Shown: piece by piece, positions 38,127 through 51,395 of the stretch
Position numbering within the stretch: position 1 is the first letter of the stretch
Layout: every line of letters begins with the position of its first letter
Origin: Chrysomallon squamiferum
Lineage: Eukaryota > Animalia > Mollusca
DNA length: 64,000 nt
NCBI GenBank assembly: GCA_012295275.1
Contig: CM022665.1
Location: 40,672,001 to 40,736,000, forward strand
Reading direction: 5' to 3'
Made by a program: the position numbers and the translations under genes
Notes under the pieces: generated by a model
The model's database searches: none
The model's input: only the letters and a program-made list of their open reading frames with translations
What the model was told of the DNA's origin: nothing

Positions 38127-41100
38127 TTAGTCACTTCCATTCTCAGAATCGGTCTCAGTCATGTGTTCTATTTCCACCTTGTACCGGTACTTGGCAGCAC
38201 AATGTACCCACTTTTCAGGTGGGTTGGGACATGTCACAGATATGGACCTGACTTGAGCCTTTGACACTGTACATGCTGGCATTGTAAAGGCAACGTCTGC
38301 ATATTTTTCAAAGGTTTCTGGCACCTCGTCGTGAGCCCCAAGATCCAGCCTCAGTACAAAAAGGTGACTCTTGTAAGCACCTGAAATACAAAGATTCAAA
38401 TAATCAAAAGTTATTTCCATTAAATTAATGTGTTTTAACTATAAATATTATCAACAGCAAAAATGTAATTGATTATTAATTATATACATTGTGATTTTGA
38501 ATTGATTTTTTTACAACTGTAGATATTATCAAAAACAAAAAGTTGAATAATTAAGAATTATTTTCATTAGTGTTTTGAATTTATGTTTTTCAACAACAAA
38601 TATTAATGGCAACAAAAATGTTAATAATTATAATTTATATACATTAGTGTTTTGAGTTTATGTTTCATAACAACAAATATTATTGAAAACAAAAATTTAA
38701 ATACTTATGAACTATATACTTTATGATTTTATTTTAATGGTTTACAACTACAAATATTAATGACAATTAAAATTTAAATATATATATATATGATTTTGGT
38801 TTGAGTTTTACAACTACAAATATTGTGATTCTGAATTAATCTTTAACAACTATAAAGATTAAAGGCAGCAAAATAGAATATCATTTTGTGAAAAAATATG
38901 TATGGCTGTATACATGTATATGTATTAAGTAATGGAATAAATTGACCTTCTTAACTAAAAACCAAATTAGTATGTATTATTTTGAACCATTACACTATTT
39001 CTGTGTATTAAGAAAGGAAAATGATGGATATTTTATATACACCTTTCCTAGTGCTGTCCTATATGATAGATAACAATTGGCAGGAATGGGAAAAAGCTAA
39101 AAGGATACGTCATTATAAAAAATAATAAAAAATGTGTTTTTTTTTGTATTTTTTAATATATGTATTTATTTATTTATTTTATATTTGTTATTCCATATAT
39201 ATAGTATTTTTTTAAAGTTCATGTTCTTAGCTATGCTTTTTTTAATTTCAAATATTTTTTAAGGAAAAACCCATCAAACATGATACCACTCTACCACTGA
39301 CAAACTAAACTAGAAAATGTTTATTTTTATGATACAGAACATAAATCAGAAAATATCTATGTTCTTAAAATGCTGTAGTTATACTGGCAATACAAAACTG
39401 AAAAACAATAAATTGGTTTTAATGTTATTCAATATTCAAATTTCCAGTTATAAAACATAATTCAAACCACACACATAAAAAAAAAAAATAATAATAATAA
39501 AAAAAAAAAAAAAAAAAAAATCAGCTTCAAAAAAGAATAGTATAATGGATGCAAACAAACAGCTGTGTACACAGTGGCTGTTTTGACATTTTGAAAATGC
39601 TCAAAACAACAGCAATTATTTTTATAGAGCTGGAATAAAAGGAATAAAAGTGCATTTGTTATTGTTCAGTAAGATATTGTACAGTAAAAAAAAAAACCCC
39701 AAAACAAACCAATTATGTTATAAAACTTGATTTTTCTTGTTTGATTTAATTCATCTTTTTTTATAATCAGCTTTTAGCTTTTTTTTTTGTAACTCCACTA
39801 AATTCATTAATATTCTCTTCTCACTAATATTCCTGATTTAGCAAATGCGAAAGCCAAAGTGTATTGGAGACACTGGCTCTTATTACAATAAAGTCTTCAG
39901 CTAATTTCCACTGACAGCTCTGGGAATTAAATAGTTGTCTGGAACTATAAAACTTATTGATGTCTCCAGAAGGATTCTCTGAAGACCAAATCATTGTTAC
40001 AAGGTGACTGGAATGGTGGACAAAGTCTGAAAGACCTAAAGATGTCTCAAATCATTTCACTCATGTTTCTCTTGCACCACTGGCTTAGGGTACTCAAACA
40101 TTGGACAAAGAGACATGATAAACTGGTTATTTTGTTGTTTCTTCCAAGCTGGTAACCTGATTACTGGGCAGCAGAATATTATTAAGTAGTTTTTTTTTTA
40201 TGTTGAAACAGAAGATATAAATGGCATAAGATATAGTTATGATAAATGCTTTGTGTAAAATAAAAGAAATTATGTGACATAGAGGTTGTAAAATAAATGG
40301 ATATATAAATAACTATGGCGTCTGCTATGTAATACATTTGTTAATTTATAGAATAAGACTGTCTTGTTTGTTTTTTCAGTGTACAGTAGGCAGTGACATG
40401 TATAAAATAAATGGAGATGCAAATGACAGCGGTTTGTGTTATGTTTTTATTTGTAGCTTAGATTAAAAGGAACAGGGAACAGAAAGACAAGATTTATTCA
40501 GAAGAATGAAGAATGTAGATCAGCTTGTTGTCAGTTCTTATGGTGATAGTTTATTAGTATTTATAAACAGGCAATACACAGCTGATGTGGTTTTTTTAAT
40601 AAAAAATAGTAATCCGGTTTAATTCATCAAGTTCTTAAAGAAAACAGATTTATTTTTACTTTAGAACAACAACAAAAATGGAAAACAAAATACAGAATTT
40701 TAACAACCAAAAACAATCCTCTACATAAAATAATAAAAATAAAATTATATTTTTTTAAATTTCTGTTTTTACCAAACCACACCAAATCCCTCCACCAAAC
40801 AAAGAAAACTAAAAGAGATAACAAAAATATATTTTCAGTTATTTTTTTTTTTAAATTACATTTTTAAAATTTATTTATTTATTATTTTTACAAATTTAGC
40901 TCTGTCTTACCTTGATTTCTCTCAGGAAGCCTACTAATTCTCCAGACGACTGCCTTGAAAAGATTTTCATATTTTGCTGTTCCTGTTGAAGCTTCCATCA
41001 GTGTTGGGGTCATAGAACCTTGAGCCATCATGGTCAGTCTTTCCAGCCCTTTTATCTTGCCTGGCTTCCTGGCCTGTGACTTGTATGACCCATACCCAAA

Positions 41101-44100
41101 CCTCTTCTCATAACGGAACAGATAAATCCACGAGTCTGGAATGGGAAATCGAATTTCTATATCCTCACAAGGAAACTGGCCATGTTTTTTACTGTTGGCA
41201 TGGTAACCAGTGACCAGCATGTCACATCTTATCTCAAAATGACGTCCTTTCAATATCTGCTGGATTCTCATTTGCATGGGAAGTTCACGGTTGACCTTCG
41301 GTCGAATTCGGAATCTGAGCAACTCAAACTGACAGGCATCCAGGGGCTGAAATTTCAGAGTGTTGGTTTTTGCATATTCCTCAAGATCCACAGAGCAGTG
41401 AAACTCAGGATTTTCTATTCTGATCCAGTCTTCGGTTTTCACAGGGATAATGTCATGACGACCAACTACTTCACGTCCTTTTCTTCGTTTGTCATTCATA
41501 CCTAACTCACATACTGGCATCCCAGTAACAAATGCCAAGAAAAACACTCTCACTCTTGCTTTCTGAGTCAACACATGTCCCTCTCTGTCTACAGTGGCAA
41601 AGTACTCATCCCATACTTCTGCCTGACACTCATCTTTAGTATATGTCAGTGTTTTCTCTCTATGAGCTTCAAGCTTCATGAAGGCATCCTCCACCTCATA
41701 AACAAAGGATCTCAGGTTCTCCTCATTCAAGCTGCCAAATTTGAGCAATTCAGAAACTTGTGGTGCATGATCTAGTATCATTGTTGGTTTAGGTTTCCTA
41801 ACAAATGAAGGAGTGATTCTTTCTGATCTTATTCCTACTCTCTCCCTGTAGAACAAATACTGAATTTTCACTGTATGGATTTTCCCATACTGATCAAACT
41901 GCTGTAAGGCCATTTCAGAAATGGAATAGCACGGCTGCAGTGGAAGTTCTTGAAAAGATTCTGTGTCTTTTTCATCAGTGAATAGCTTCAGCACTGGGCC
42001 ATCATTTTGCTTGACCAGTTTGACAAAAACAGTTTTCCAGAATCGGTTTCCAGCAAGTTTCTTTTTTGTGGGCTGTCGGAGCATCAGTCTCCAGCCAGTT
42101 CCTTCAAACTTAGGATGAAACTCTTCCAGAGGTTCTAGACTTTCTGGTTCTTCTGGGGTGCTGGTTTCAGAAGATATGCTCTTCAGGGGCTCCCTGGGTT
42201 CTTTGTTTTTAATCTCCTCTTCAACTTGGAACTTGGCAAAATTCTCTTCTGGTGGAGAGTCTCTATCAAATGGATTTTCTCTCTGAGGCATTTGTGGAGA
42301 CTTTGTAGGTCTTGCAGGTGGTGGAGGCAGTGCAGGTACAGCACCTGAAGTATCCTTAGCACTGTCTGCAGACTTGATTTCCAGCATGAATCCTTCAGTC
42401 TCCTTGTCTTCTTCTGTCTGATTAAGATTATCATACGTGGAATTGTTCAGGTTAGGATCTTTTGAAACTGGTCCAAGTCCTTTAGCTAACTGATCTTCTG
42501 GATGTTCTCCATCAACAATTGTAGCAAAAGGATCAAAAGGAGTTTCTGTTTTAGTTTGACTTTGTGCTGTCTCAGATCCAAACATTAAATTAACATTTTT
42601 ATCAGTTGAAACTGGAGCTGCACCATCTCCAAAGGCTGCTGATGCATCACCAAAGGAAGAATCTTCAATGAAAGGATTTTGTTTCTGTGAAGCAGCTGCA
42701 ATATTTTCAAAGCTTGCTGTAAGGAATGGGTTAGTTGCTTTTGCATCCAACTGGTCTGTTTCTCCTCCTTGTGCTGAGGCAACATGCACTGAACTGGTTG
42801 TGAAGAGATCATCTTGAAAAGGATTTGCTGCTGAAGAGGCTGTGCTTGATGACTGAGTTCCCCAAACACTAGAAGCATCTGCAGAAGCCACTGGAACATG
42901 TTTGTCAAAGAATCCATCATCTTCAAACTCCACGTTGTGTTGAAAGCTCAGTTCACTGGATTTGTTATCACTGTCCATGAATGGGTTGCTACCTGAGGCA
43001 GCAGTCACTTGAGCATTGGTTTTGTCAGCAAAGGGTGTGATGTCCTCAAAAGCCGCAGTGCCTGCCACCTTATCTGCAGTTTCTTCAGAAGCAGATTTTG
43101 CATGGGTGTGAAATGGATCCAGATTATCAACTTTAGTACTGGGTTGAGATGCAAATGGATCCATCTGATCAATTTTGGTTTGCGGCTCTGAGGCAAATGG
43201 ATCCATCTTTTCAGTTTTGGTACTTGGTTGAGAAGCAAATGGATCAAGTTGGTCTGTCTTGGTGCTTGACTGTGAAGCAAATGGACCTAATTGATCAACT
43301 GTAGTTTTTGAAGGAGAAGCAAATGGATCCTGTTTATCAGCTGTTGTACTTGTCTCAGATGCAAATGGATCTAGATGGCCTGTTTTGCTGCTTGTTTGAG
43401 ATGCAAATGGATCCAATTCATCCACTTTTGTACTTTTTTTAGATGCAAATGGATCCAATTCATCGACTTTTGTACTTTTTTGAGATGCAAAAGGATCCAA
43501 CTCATCTACTTTGCTGACAGTTTGAGAGGCAAAAGGGTCCAATAATTCAGTTTTAGATGCAAATGGATCCATCTGCTTATTTACATCATCTTTTAAATGA
43601 TTCACAAGAGTGGGAGGCTGGGATGCAAAAGGATCAAGCTGATCTATATTTGTCACAGGGTGACTCTCAAAAGGATCCAGTGGACTAACAGCTGTGGCTG
43701 GGTGGCTATCAAACAGATCAATATGATCCTTATGAGCTTTATTTTCTGTTTTGCTTCCTGAGCTAACAGATCCCCAAAGACCATCTATGTTATCAGCTTT
43801 GGTTTCACTACCAAATGGATCAAGGGACACAGTCTTGTTCTGCATATCACTGTCTGATGTTGGAATGACATCAGAATGAAAGGGATTTTTTGACTTCAGC
43901 AGAAATTGATGCTGCTGGTCCTCACTAACCTGGTTGACTCCCCACTGAAGAAAGTCATCCACAAGACTCTTTGCCAAGTCTGACACTGCTGTACTCTCTG
44001 GAACCAACTGGTCCTGATTGGGAAAATTCTGATCAAAAGAGAGAGGACTAGAACACAAAGAGGACTGGGCACTGCTCTGGTAGGAGCCAAAGAACCATTC

Positions 44101-45159
44101 ATTTGCAAGATCCTGAGGTTGAGTCTGAGATGGAGTTGCTGAGCCACTGAGAAGGTCTCCAAGACCCAAGAGATCTTCATTGACAATTTCTTTGGGGTGA
44201 GTCTGTTCTGCATTAGAAACAAGTGCATCAGAACCAAGGCCTAACAGGTCTACTTCAGCTGTTGTTGTTGGTTTCTGTTGTTCTGTTGTCGGTAAAGGTT
44301 TCTCAAAGTCCAAAATATTTGCAAAAGTTTCTTGCTCCATGTTTCCACTAGATCGTCTACTGTTCACGGGAGGTTTTGGGGTCTGAGAGGGAGAAGGTTC
44401 TGGAGTTACTTTAAGCTGAGGTAGAGTTAAGAGAGAAGAAAGTTCTTTATCTTCATTACCGTTGTCATCACATGACATTAAATTTAGAAAGTCATGAACT
44501 TCAGGCTGTTCTTTCTCTTCAACGGTCAAACTCGCAGTTTCATCATCATCAAAGCGAGTCCACGTTGATTCTTTTGATTCTTTGACAGCTTCTGGAGACG
44601 TCTGTCCTGGTGGTGAAAACTGTCCTGAAGATAATTTTCCTAAAGTTGTTTGTGTTTTTAATACATTGGATTTTATTCTATCTTGCATCTGCTGGAAAGC
44701 CTGCCAGTGTTCAGATTTTAACTTGACACTTTCATCAACAGAATCTTCAGATGACAATTCACTTGTAAGTATTTCTTTTGAAGGAGATTTTGATGGAGAC
44801 TTGGAATGAAATTTGCTGGGAGATTTTGCTCTTTTGTGAAGAAAACCAAGTTTTTTAGTGCCTTTGGGTTTCTTTATATGACTGCCTTTGTGTAAAGGCT
44901 CCTCTGGACTTTTTAACAGATCAGTTTTTACAGAATCCTCACTGGAATCTTTACCTGTATCACTAGGAATGACAGACTCATCTGAAGTCTTTGCATCACA
45001 ACTTTCTGAAGGTGGGTGAGTTTTTAATCTAGGTGGTGGTGGTCGTGATGGGGGAGGTGGCCTTGCTGGGGGCTTTTTGGCAAACACATTTTCACTATCT
45101 TTAGTTACTGGAGAATCTGGAACAAGATTTGCAGAATCATCCCAAGATCCTGTGGACAT
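38127..45159 (-). CDS. stnB: Stonin (Stoned-B / UNC-41-like endocytic adaptor), ~1500 aa, two coding exons
   Basis: Coding exons 45159-40911 (donor CAAG|GTAAGA) and 38380-38127 (acceptor TTTCAG|GT). An in-frame TGA just upstream of the ATG in the same exon (exon starts at 45179) fixes the start. The N-terminus is Pro-rich with WxxF, DPF and NPF motifs. It is followed by the stonin-homology region GWRLMLRQPTKKKLAGNRFWK..DQYGKIHTVK and the mu-homology domain GREVVGRHDIIPVKTEDWIR..FHCSV..PLDACQFELLRFR..KYENLFKAVVWRISRLP..VRSISV..PEKWV. Confidence 0.95.
38433..38875. repeat. Degenerate ~77-bp AT-rich minisatellite in the last stonin intron
   Basis: Recurrent ACAAC(T)ACAAATATT...AACAAAAA...TTTTGA blocks, 5-6 copies. 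Confidence 0.7.
43111..43680 (-). repeat. Coding 42-bp (14-aa) tandem repeat, consensus about LDPFASQxSTKxDQ/E
   Basis: GCAAATGGATCC recurs on the + strand at mostly 42-bp spacing; 13 DPF and one GPF within this span. Confidence 0.9.
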
Positions 45160-45991
45160 GTCGGGACCACGGGATCAACCTGAAAAATATCAGTAGTGTG
45201 TTTAAAATATGGAATTATGAAAGTCTGAAATAATAATGACAACAGCAATAATAATTCTGTGCTTAAAATATGGATTATTAAAGTCTATCTGTTTGTGTGT
45301 GTATGTATCTGAATAGCGTTTGTGAACATGTTTGTATGTGTCTGTGTATGTGTATGTTTAGTGTATTTGTATGTATGAATATGTGTCCATGTGTCTGTGC
45401 ATATGTGTGTTTGCAAAAAATAGAAAAAGAAAATAATTCCTTTAATATTTTTTATACTGTTTCATACTATCATCAAACATTTTTAAATATAACACTGTCA
45501 ACTTTATATTATTAATAACGCTGTCAAATATTTGTCCCACATTCCTAAACTTAAATAACTGTCAAACATATGCAACTTAACTAATTATAAATTCTATAAC
45601 CAAAACTATTATCAAATACTGACATTACCAAATGTATAAATATTATTGTTAGATTTAAAACAGAACTGCTCCACACACAAATATATACAACAAAAAAAAA
45701 AATAATAATAATAAAAATAATAAATAAATAAAATAAAAATACAAATAAAAACCTTTTCATGCCTTACAAAACTCAGAATAGTCAGCCATGTACTGTTTTA
45801 ACATTTTAGTATCATAATGTCATTTAGATTTGAATCTAAACTGTTTGCAGATGTTGCCATTATTCCAGTTTGCTGATGAGAGTTTCATATAACAGAGTAT
45901 TATTTACTATAAATATGATTATTTTCTCTGTTATGGAAATATTTCATTTTCCTATTTTTTTACAAACACATTAATTAATGGCCACAGCTGT

Positions 45992-46033
<42 letters not shown>

Positions 46034-47699
46034 AAAAGACACTCACACACATACACATCATAAACATACACCCATACACACTTAAACCCATAAATAAAAA
46101 AGACATCATCTGAAAATTACACCACCATTCACTTCTTTTTTTTTTTGTTATAAAATTTAAGAACTTGATTTTCATATATTTTCTCTCAATAATTTTGAGA
46201 CATTCTAAAGAACAAAAAGAAATTTTAAGTAAAAAATAATAACAGAAGTAAAAATTGATTAAAAAGTTGGATTCTTTTTTCATTTTAATATATTTGTTTT
46301 AAAATATCATATTTGTAAATTAAATCACAGTCAGTATTCCTAAATCCAGACTGCTTTTATACAGTTTTAAAGTTAATATCCATAATGACCCCCACCTCTA
46401 CGTTCTTTGTGGAAATTCCTTAACATTACGTACTTGTCATTCTGTTCTTCAAATCAAATATAAAGAAGCAATTGAGAAATAATATTCCACTGCATCTAAT
46501 TCCCCTAAGTAAATTCCCCAGATTATTATTAAATAGCAAATTACTTAGAAAATCATAAAGTAATTAATCTTTTTCACCTTGAATGGCGTAAACATTGTAT
46601 GAAGATCTTAAGGTGGATTTAATAATTATTATTACAATTGGAGTATTAGTTAAATAACAAACACTGACAAGCACACATACACAGTAGATAGATAGACAGA
46701 TAAAAATAATGTTAATTTTACTTGTATTCTCTGTTGTATAATAATTAACAAATGTCTGTACACTGATAAATTAAGTTAAATAATTTTGTTGTAATTTGTA
46801 ATCCCTATTGTGTAATAATTCACAAAAATGTCTGTACATTAACCAAGATAATGATTGCTGATAGAATATTTATTGTATAATCATTAATTAAATAAAAAAA
46901 ATTCATTTATCAATAAAGATAAAAATAAATGCCGCTACAAAATCCCTGTTATATAATAACATAGGTTTGAAATAATCAGGATCTCCATTTTAGTTCATCA
47001 ATTATAAATGCGTCCAATTTCAACAAAATCACTAACAGCAACAGCAATTACAAACACTCATTAAAATGAATTACATGCATTTTTTTTTATTATGATTGAA
47101 CTTTGTTTTGTTTTTTTGTTAATTCTTTATACAGATTATCATCTTCTACCTCAACACAGTAAAATATGACACACAAAATATGATAAAAACTTGTTCAATT
47201 TATAATTCAGTCAAAGGTTGTAAGTAAAAAGAACTGTCTAGGCACATGGCAAAACGACAAACACATATTGTCACCTGTTGATATTATTACATAGTAAGTA
47301 CAATATATTCACTGACTTTTCTATGATTTGTGCAGATTATATTTCTATTTTATGAATAACCAGTCATCTAGTAATAAATGCCAACCATCCAATTTCATGA
47401 AGCCTTCAGAACAGCAGCTCTAAACTGTGATATTTTCATAAATTCATAATTTTTCTGTATTACTGAATTATTGTGTTTGTAAATAGAAATCCAAATCAAT
47501 TGTATCTTGGATGATGGTCATTTGATATTTAGATAATTCATTTATGATCTTCTATTCAATTAAATTACAATGTTTTTTGTCATTGTCATGAGATTTCATA
47601 AGAGTGGTCTATAATGTGATATTTTTTTATAAATTCATAATATTTCTCTGTTATAGTGTAATTAAAAACAAAAAATCCAAATCAACTGCATATCAAATG

Positions 47700-47736
47700 T
47701 AGCAGTAGCAGGAGCTGTAATATCAGTAACAGAATC

Positions 47737-47777
<41 letters not shown>

Positions 47778-47970
47778 CAGTGGTGGCAGCATCAATAGCA
47801 ATTGCAGTAGTAGCAGAGGTAGAAGCGTAGCAATAGCAGCAGCAGCAATAGTAGTAGTAGTAGTTGTTATAGAAGTAATAGTAGCAGCAGTAGCAGTGGT
47901 TGTAGTAGTAGTAGTAGTAGTAATGGCGATACTAGTAGTAATAATGGCACCAATAGTATTAGCATTAGTA
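47700..47970. repeat. (AGT/AGC)n trinucleotide low-complexity tract
   Basis: Directly visible; explains ORF 47682..48035. Confidence 0.85.
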
Positions 47971-48042
47971 GAAATATAATATTTACAATACTGGTGAAAC
48001 AATAATTTTAAATAAGAGGAGCTATGAAACAACAAGACCTAC

Positions 48043-48567
48043 CTTGTTGTACAGTGTCCAGTAAACACGGCTATTGATTGTTTTTATCAAGTTGTTATTA
48101 CCTCTGATTGCTTGTACACTACCTGATATTGTTAGGTAACAACTGACAAACATGCGCCAATAACCAAAGTGTCAGCAAAAAGGCTGATCTGTTACCACAC
48201 CAGTAACGAAGTTATTAGACGGCCACAGACAGCCATCGTTTCGTTCGTTCCACCGTGCTCTGACATAAGCAGTTTTTCTTGCATAAGCCCGTGAATCTTT
48301 CCTGCTGAGATTAACAAATGTAATAACAGCTACAAGCCATGGTAGGCGAAGAAAGCCAAGACAATGGAGAGCAGTCAATAAACTCTTCATAAACGATGGT
48401 GTGCTTAATTTTGTTTCATTTTTCATTTCCCAGAACAAAAGATGACGAGGCTGCCTGCTAGTCAATACATCCCTTGAAGTCTGCTTGTCATCCATAATTA
48501 AAACTTTCTAAATGGGTTGGAAAATGCTTTGGATGTTCTAATCAGTGCAAGTTGTTATTAAACACAT
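48043..48567 (-). other. Candidate upstream (5' leader) exon of stonin
   Basis: GC- and CpG-richer island ending in the strong donor ACAACAAG|GTAGGT (intron starts at 48042). It is the closest such island upstream of the stonin acceptor at 45180. The 5' boundary is uncertain. Confidence 0.5.
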
Positions 48568-49026
48568 CTGTATTGGAGATTCAATCCCGTGGTCTGCATT
48601 GATTGTCCAAGATGGTGTTAGGTTTAATGTGTTTGAGGAATATATAGTTTGTCTTAGACCTCCCCCCTCCCCAGTTGTGGGTCAGGAATCAAACAGTTTT
48701 AACCAATGTCATAATATAGGTTCATGAAAGAAAGAAGGAAGGAAGAATTTTATTTATTTTAAAATATTCCCAATATGTTTTCAGCACCAATGGATGCATT
48801 TTCAATAAAACTGCCTGAAAGTAATTTTGACCTCAGCATCAAAGAATAAGCTATGGTGGAACAAACAATGTTAGCATGGCATTTTTTAATTTTTACTGAC
48901 TGCAGAAAATCTAAAAATTACCAGGAAACAATCATACTTGTATTAATAATGGTTACATTGAACTGAACATATAATTAACAGCAACACAAATATTTTGACT
49001 AAAAAAAAAATCATGTTGCTACCAAG

Positions 49027-49195
49027 CATTGGGCTATTCTCGTTGCTTAACAGAAAAGGATCTTATGCATTCACCTTATCATAATCAGGGAAAATACTTA
49101 CCATAGTCTTTGATAAATCATTTATGGAGCTCTGTCTGGAATAGGAAATAGTCCAATAGGGAATACTGAGAAAAATTGATTCTTTAACCAATTAT
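49027..49195. mobile_element. Decayed fragment of an interspersed repeat
   Basis: GGGCTATTCT..AAGGATCTT..TGGAATAGGAAATAGTCCAAT resembles an abundant gastropod interspersed repeat as I recall it; not verified. Confidence 0.3.
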
Positions 49196-49530
49196 AAGGT
49201 TTGTTTCACATGTCTTAATGAATTTACACAAACAAACAGTCAGTACACAGCAAACTCAGTGATACAACAGCTGATTATTGATTTGAAAGGTTGATAATGT
49301 CATGACAACCTGATTTCAGTTAACAAGAAAGAGGAAGGGCAACAGCTTCCATTCTTTATTTAATTAACATGGTAATACAATTATCTTATTTAGATTAGAT
49401 AGACAGTTTAACTTCCTCAACTGTGTATTCAGGAAAGATAACTTTTCTAAAACAAACTGAAAGCAAAACAAATAATGTTTTGTTTGTTTTTTTCTAAATC
49501 TGATTCACTGTGCAATACAATGTGTGTATA

Positions 49531-49536
<6 letters not shown>

Positions 49537-49580
<44 letters not shown>
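49537..49580. repeat. (GT)n microsatellite
   Basis: Directly visible. Confidence 0.9.
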
Positions 49581-49583
<3 letters not shown>

Positions 49584-51299
49584 CTTAACTCCAGTAGAAG
49601 AAAGTTCATGTGTAAACTCACTTTTAAACTCCATTTTCACAGCAATACAGTTTAGAGTGAAAGTAGAGAATAATGTCTAGTATATACAAATATCTTAAGA
49701 CAGAACATTCCTTAAAGATGAAGTTTGCTCATCAGACAAATACAGCCATAAATAATAAATGCATTTACTGAATTCGTGAGCTTTAAAATTAATTAGTCTG
49801 TTAACCAGATGGACCAAGTCTAAAAATAAACAAGAGCAATTGTGTAATTTATTCTCTCAAAGATTTTAATTGATTTTTTTTTCTTCACTTTTACTTAACA
49901 GAAGATGTCAGGAATCTCTAGAGACAGACATTACTCCAAAGTCTCTGTTCAAGTCTGAAAGTCATCGGAAAATTTGACACGAGTCAGTGTCTTCCACTGA
50001 CTAAATTCCTTATGGGGCAATTTGATGATGTGGGTTTAACAATATCCATGGTTCCCAGTAATTGACCCAGGTTTCAGGATGTGTAGTCTTTTAAATTTAT
50101 TCAAATTCAGGATAAATCCTTGTAAAGGTGATAATGTGGGTATAACAACACCTGTGGTCCCTGGTAATTGATTTAGTTTCAGGATATTTATTAGGTAAAC
50201 CTTTTAAAGTTATTCTTCGAATTCAGGATATATCCATGCAAGGCTATTTCATTTCCGGAATTATCTATGTTTCCTTGTAAAGTCTTATGAGATCAAGAAA
50301 TATTTGTGATCTGTATAAATATCTATATCAAAAAGTGGTTTCATTTCAGAAAATGTATATCTCTCCTTGTTAAGTCGTTTGGATTCAGAATAATTATGTT
50401 CCTGATTCATTATAAATTTATTTCTGTTTAGGAAATTTCTTGTAAAATCTATATGATTCCATATTAGGTCTTTCATATTAGGAAATTTACTAGTACCTCT
50501 CTAATTCTGTAACTACAAGTACAACTATTATTACCATAACAACCACTTGCTACTACTACTGCAAATACTATCATACTGTGTTCTACTATTACTAATTCTT
50601 TGTGGAGTTATATTGGTCCAGGAAATATTCTTTCAAAATAAGTAGGAGTTCAGGAAATATCCTTCTAAGATCAATGAATCCAGAAAATATTCTTGTAAAA
50701 TTCATTAATTTGGGAAGTATTTGTATAATCAAAACTAGTTCAACAAGTCTCCCTCTAAAATTTACGTGTTCAGGAAATATCCTAGAATCCTTCCAAAAAT
50801 GATACAGTTCAGAAACTGTAATGTCATTTGTTCAAAGCAAGTATTTGTTACCTTTTTAAATTAATCTCATTTGTTTAGAATCTGAAAACATACTTGATTC
50901 CTTCAAAGGTTATCTGGGTTCTGAAAACACCATTATTTGATAGCAGAAGTGAAACTAATCTGTAATTTACTTTCAGATGTATTACTTAACATCATCAGAG
51001 ATTATTAATTAACATTTGAGAAAAGAAGAAAATTGTTACTGACATTTTGATCCAAATTCTTATAAACTCATATAAGATTACAGGAAACTGAAGCAATTAA
51101 TATCAAAATGTAACATAATCTGTAATTTACTCAAAATGTTTTCTTTATTACTAGGCAAAGATTAAGGTTCAGAAATGGTTAAAAAAAAAAAAAAAAAAAG
51201 GCTGATCTTTGAAGAGATAGTAATTATCTAACAATCTTTGCTTGGCCTTTGGGAAAAAAAAAAAAGTTCAGTTCATGTATAAGTATGCATGTCTGTCTG

Positions 51300-51301
<2 letters not shown>

Positions 51302-51370
<69 letters not shown>

Positions 51371-51395
51371 CTCTCTTTTCTCTCTCTCTCTCTCT
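51302..51395. repeat. (CT)n microsatellite
   Basis: Directly visible. Confidence 0.9.

Noticed and set aside
38100-38129. Stop-codon readthrough of stonin
   Set aside because: Tandem TAA TAA, with a further TGA two codons later.
40888-40910. C-terminus KTELNL of the 1423-aa ORF in the track
   Set aside because: This is read-through into the intron past a consensus donor; the mu-homology domain is completed by exon 38380-38127.
41182-44809. Several 60-113 aa antisense or alternate-frame ORFs within the large stonin exon
   Set aside because: Expected shadow ORFs of a long coding exon; no independent features.
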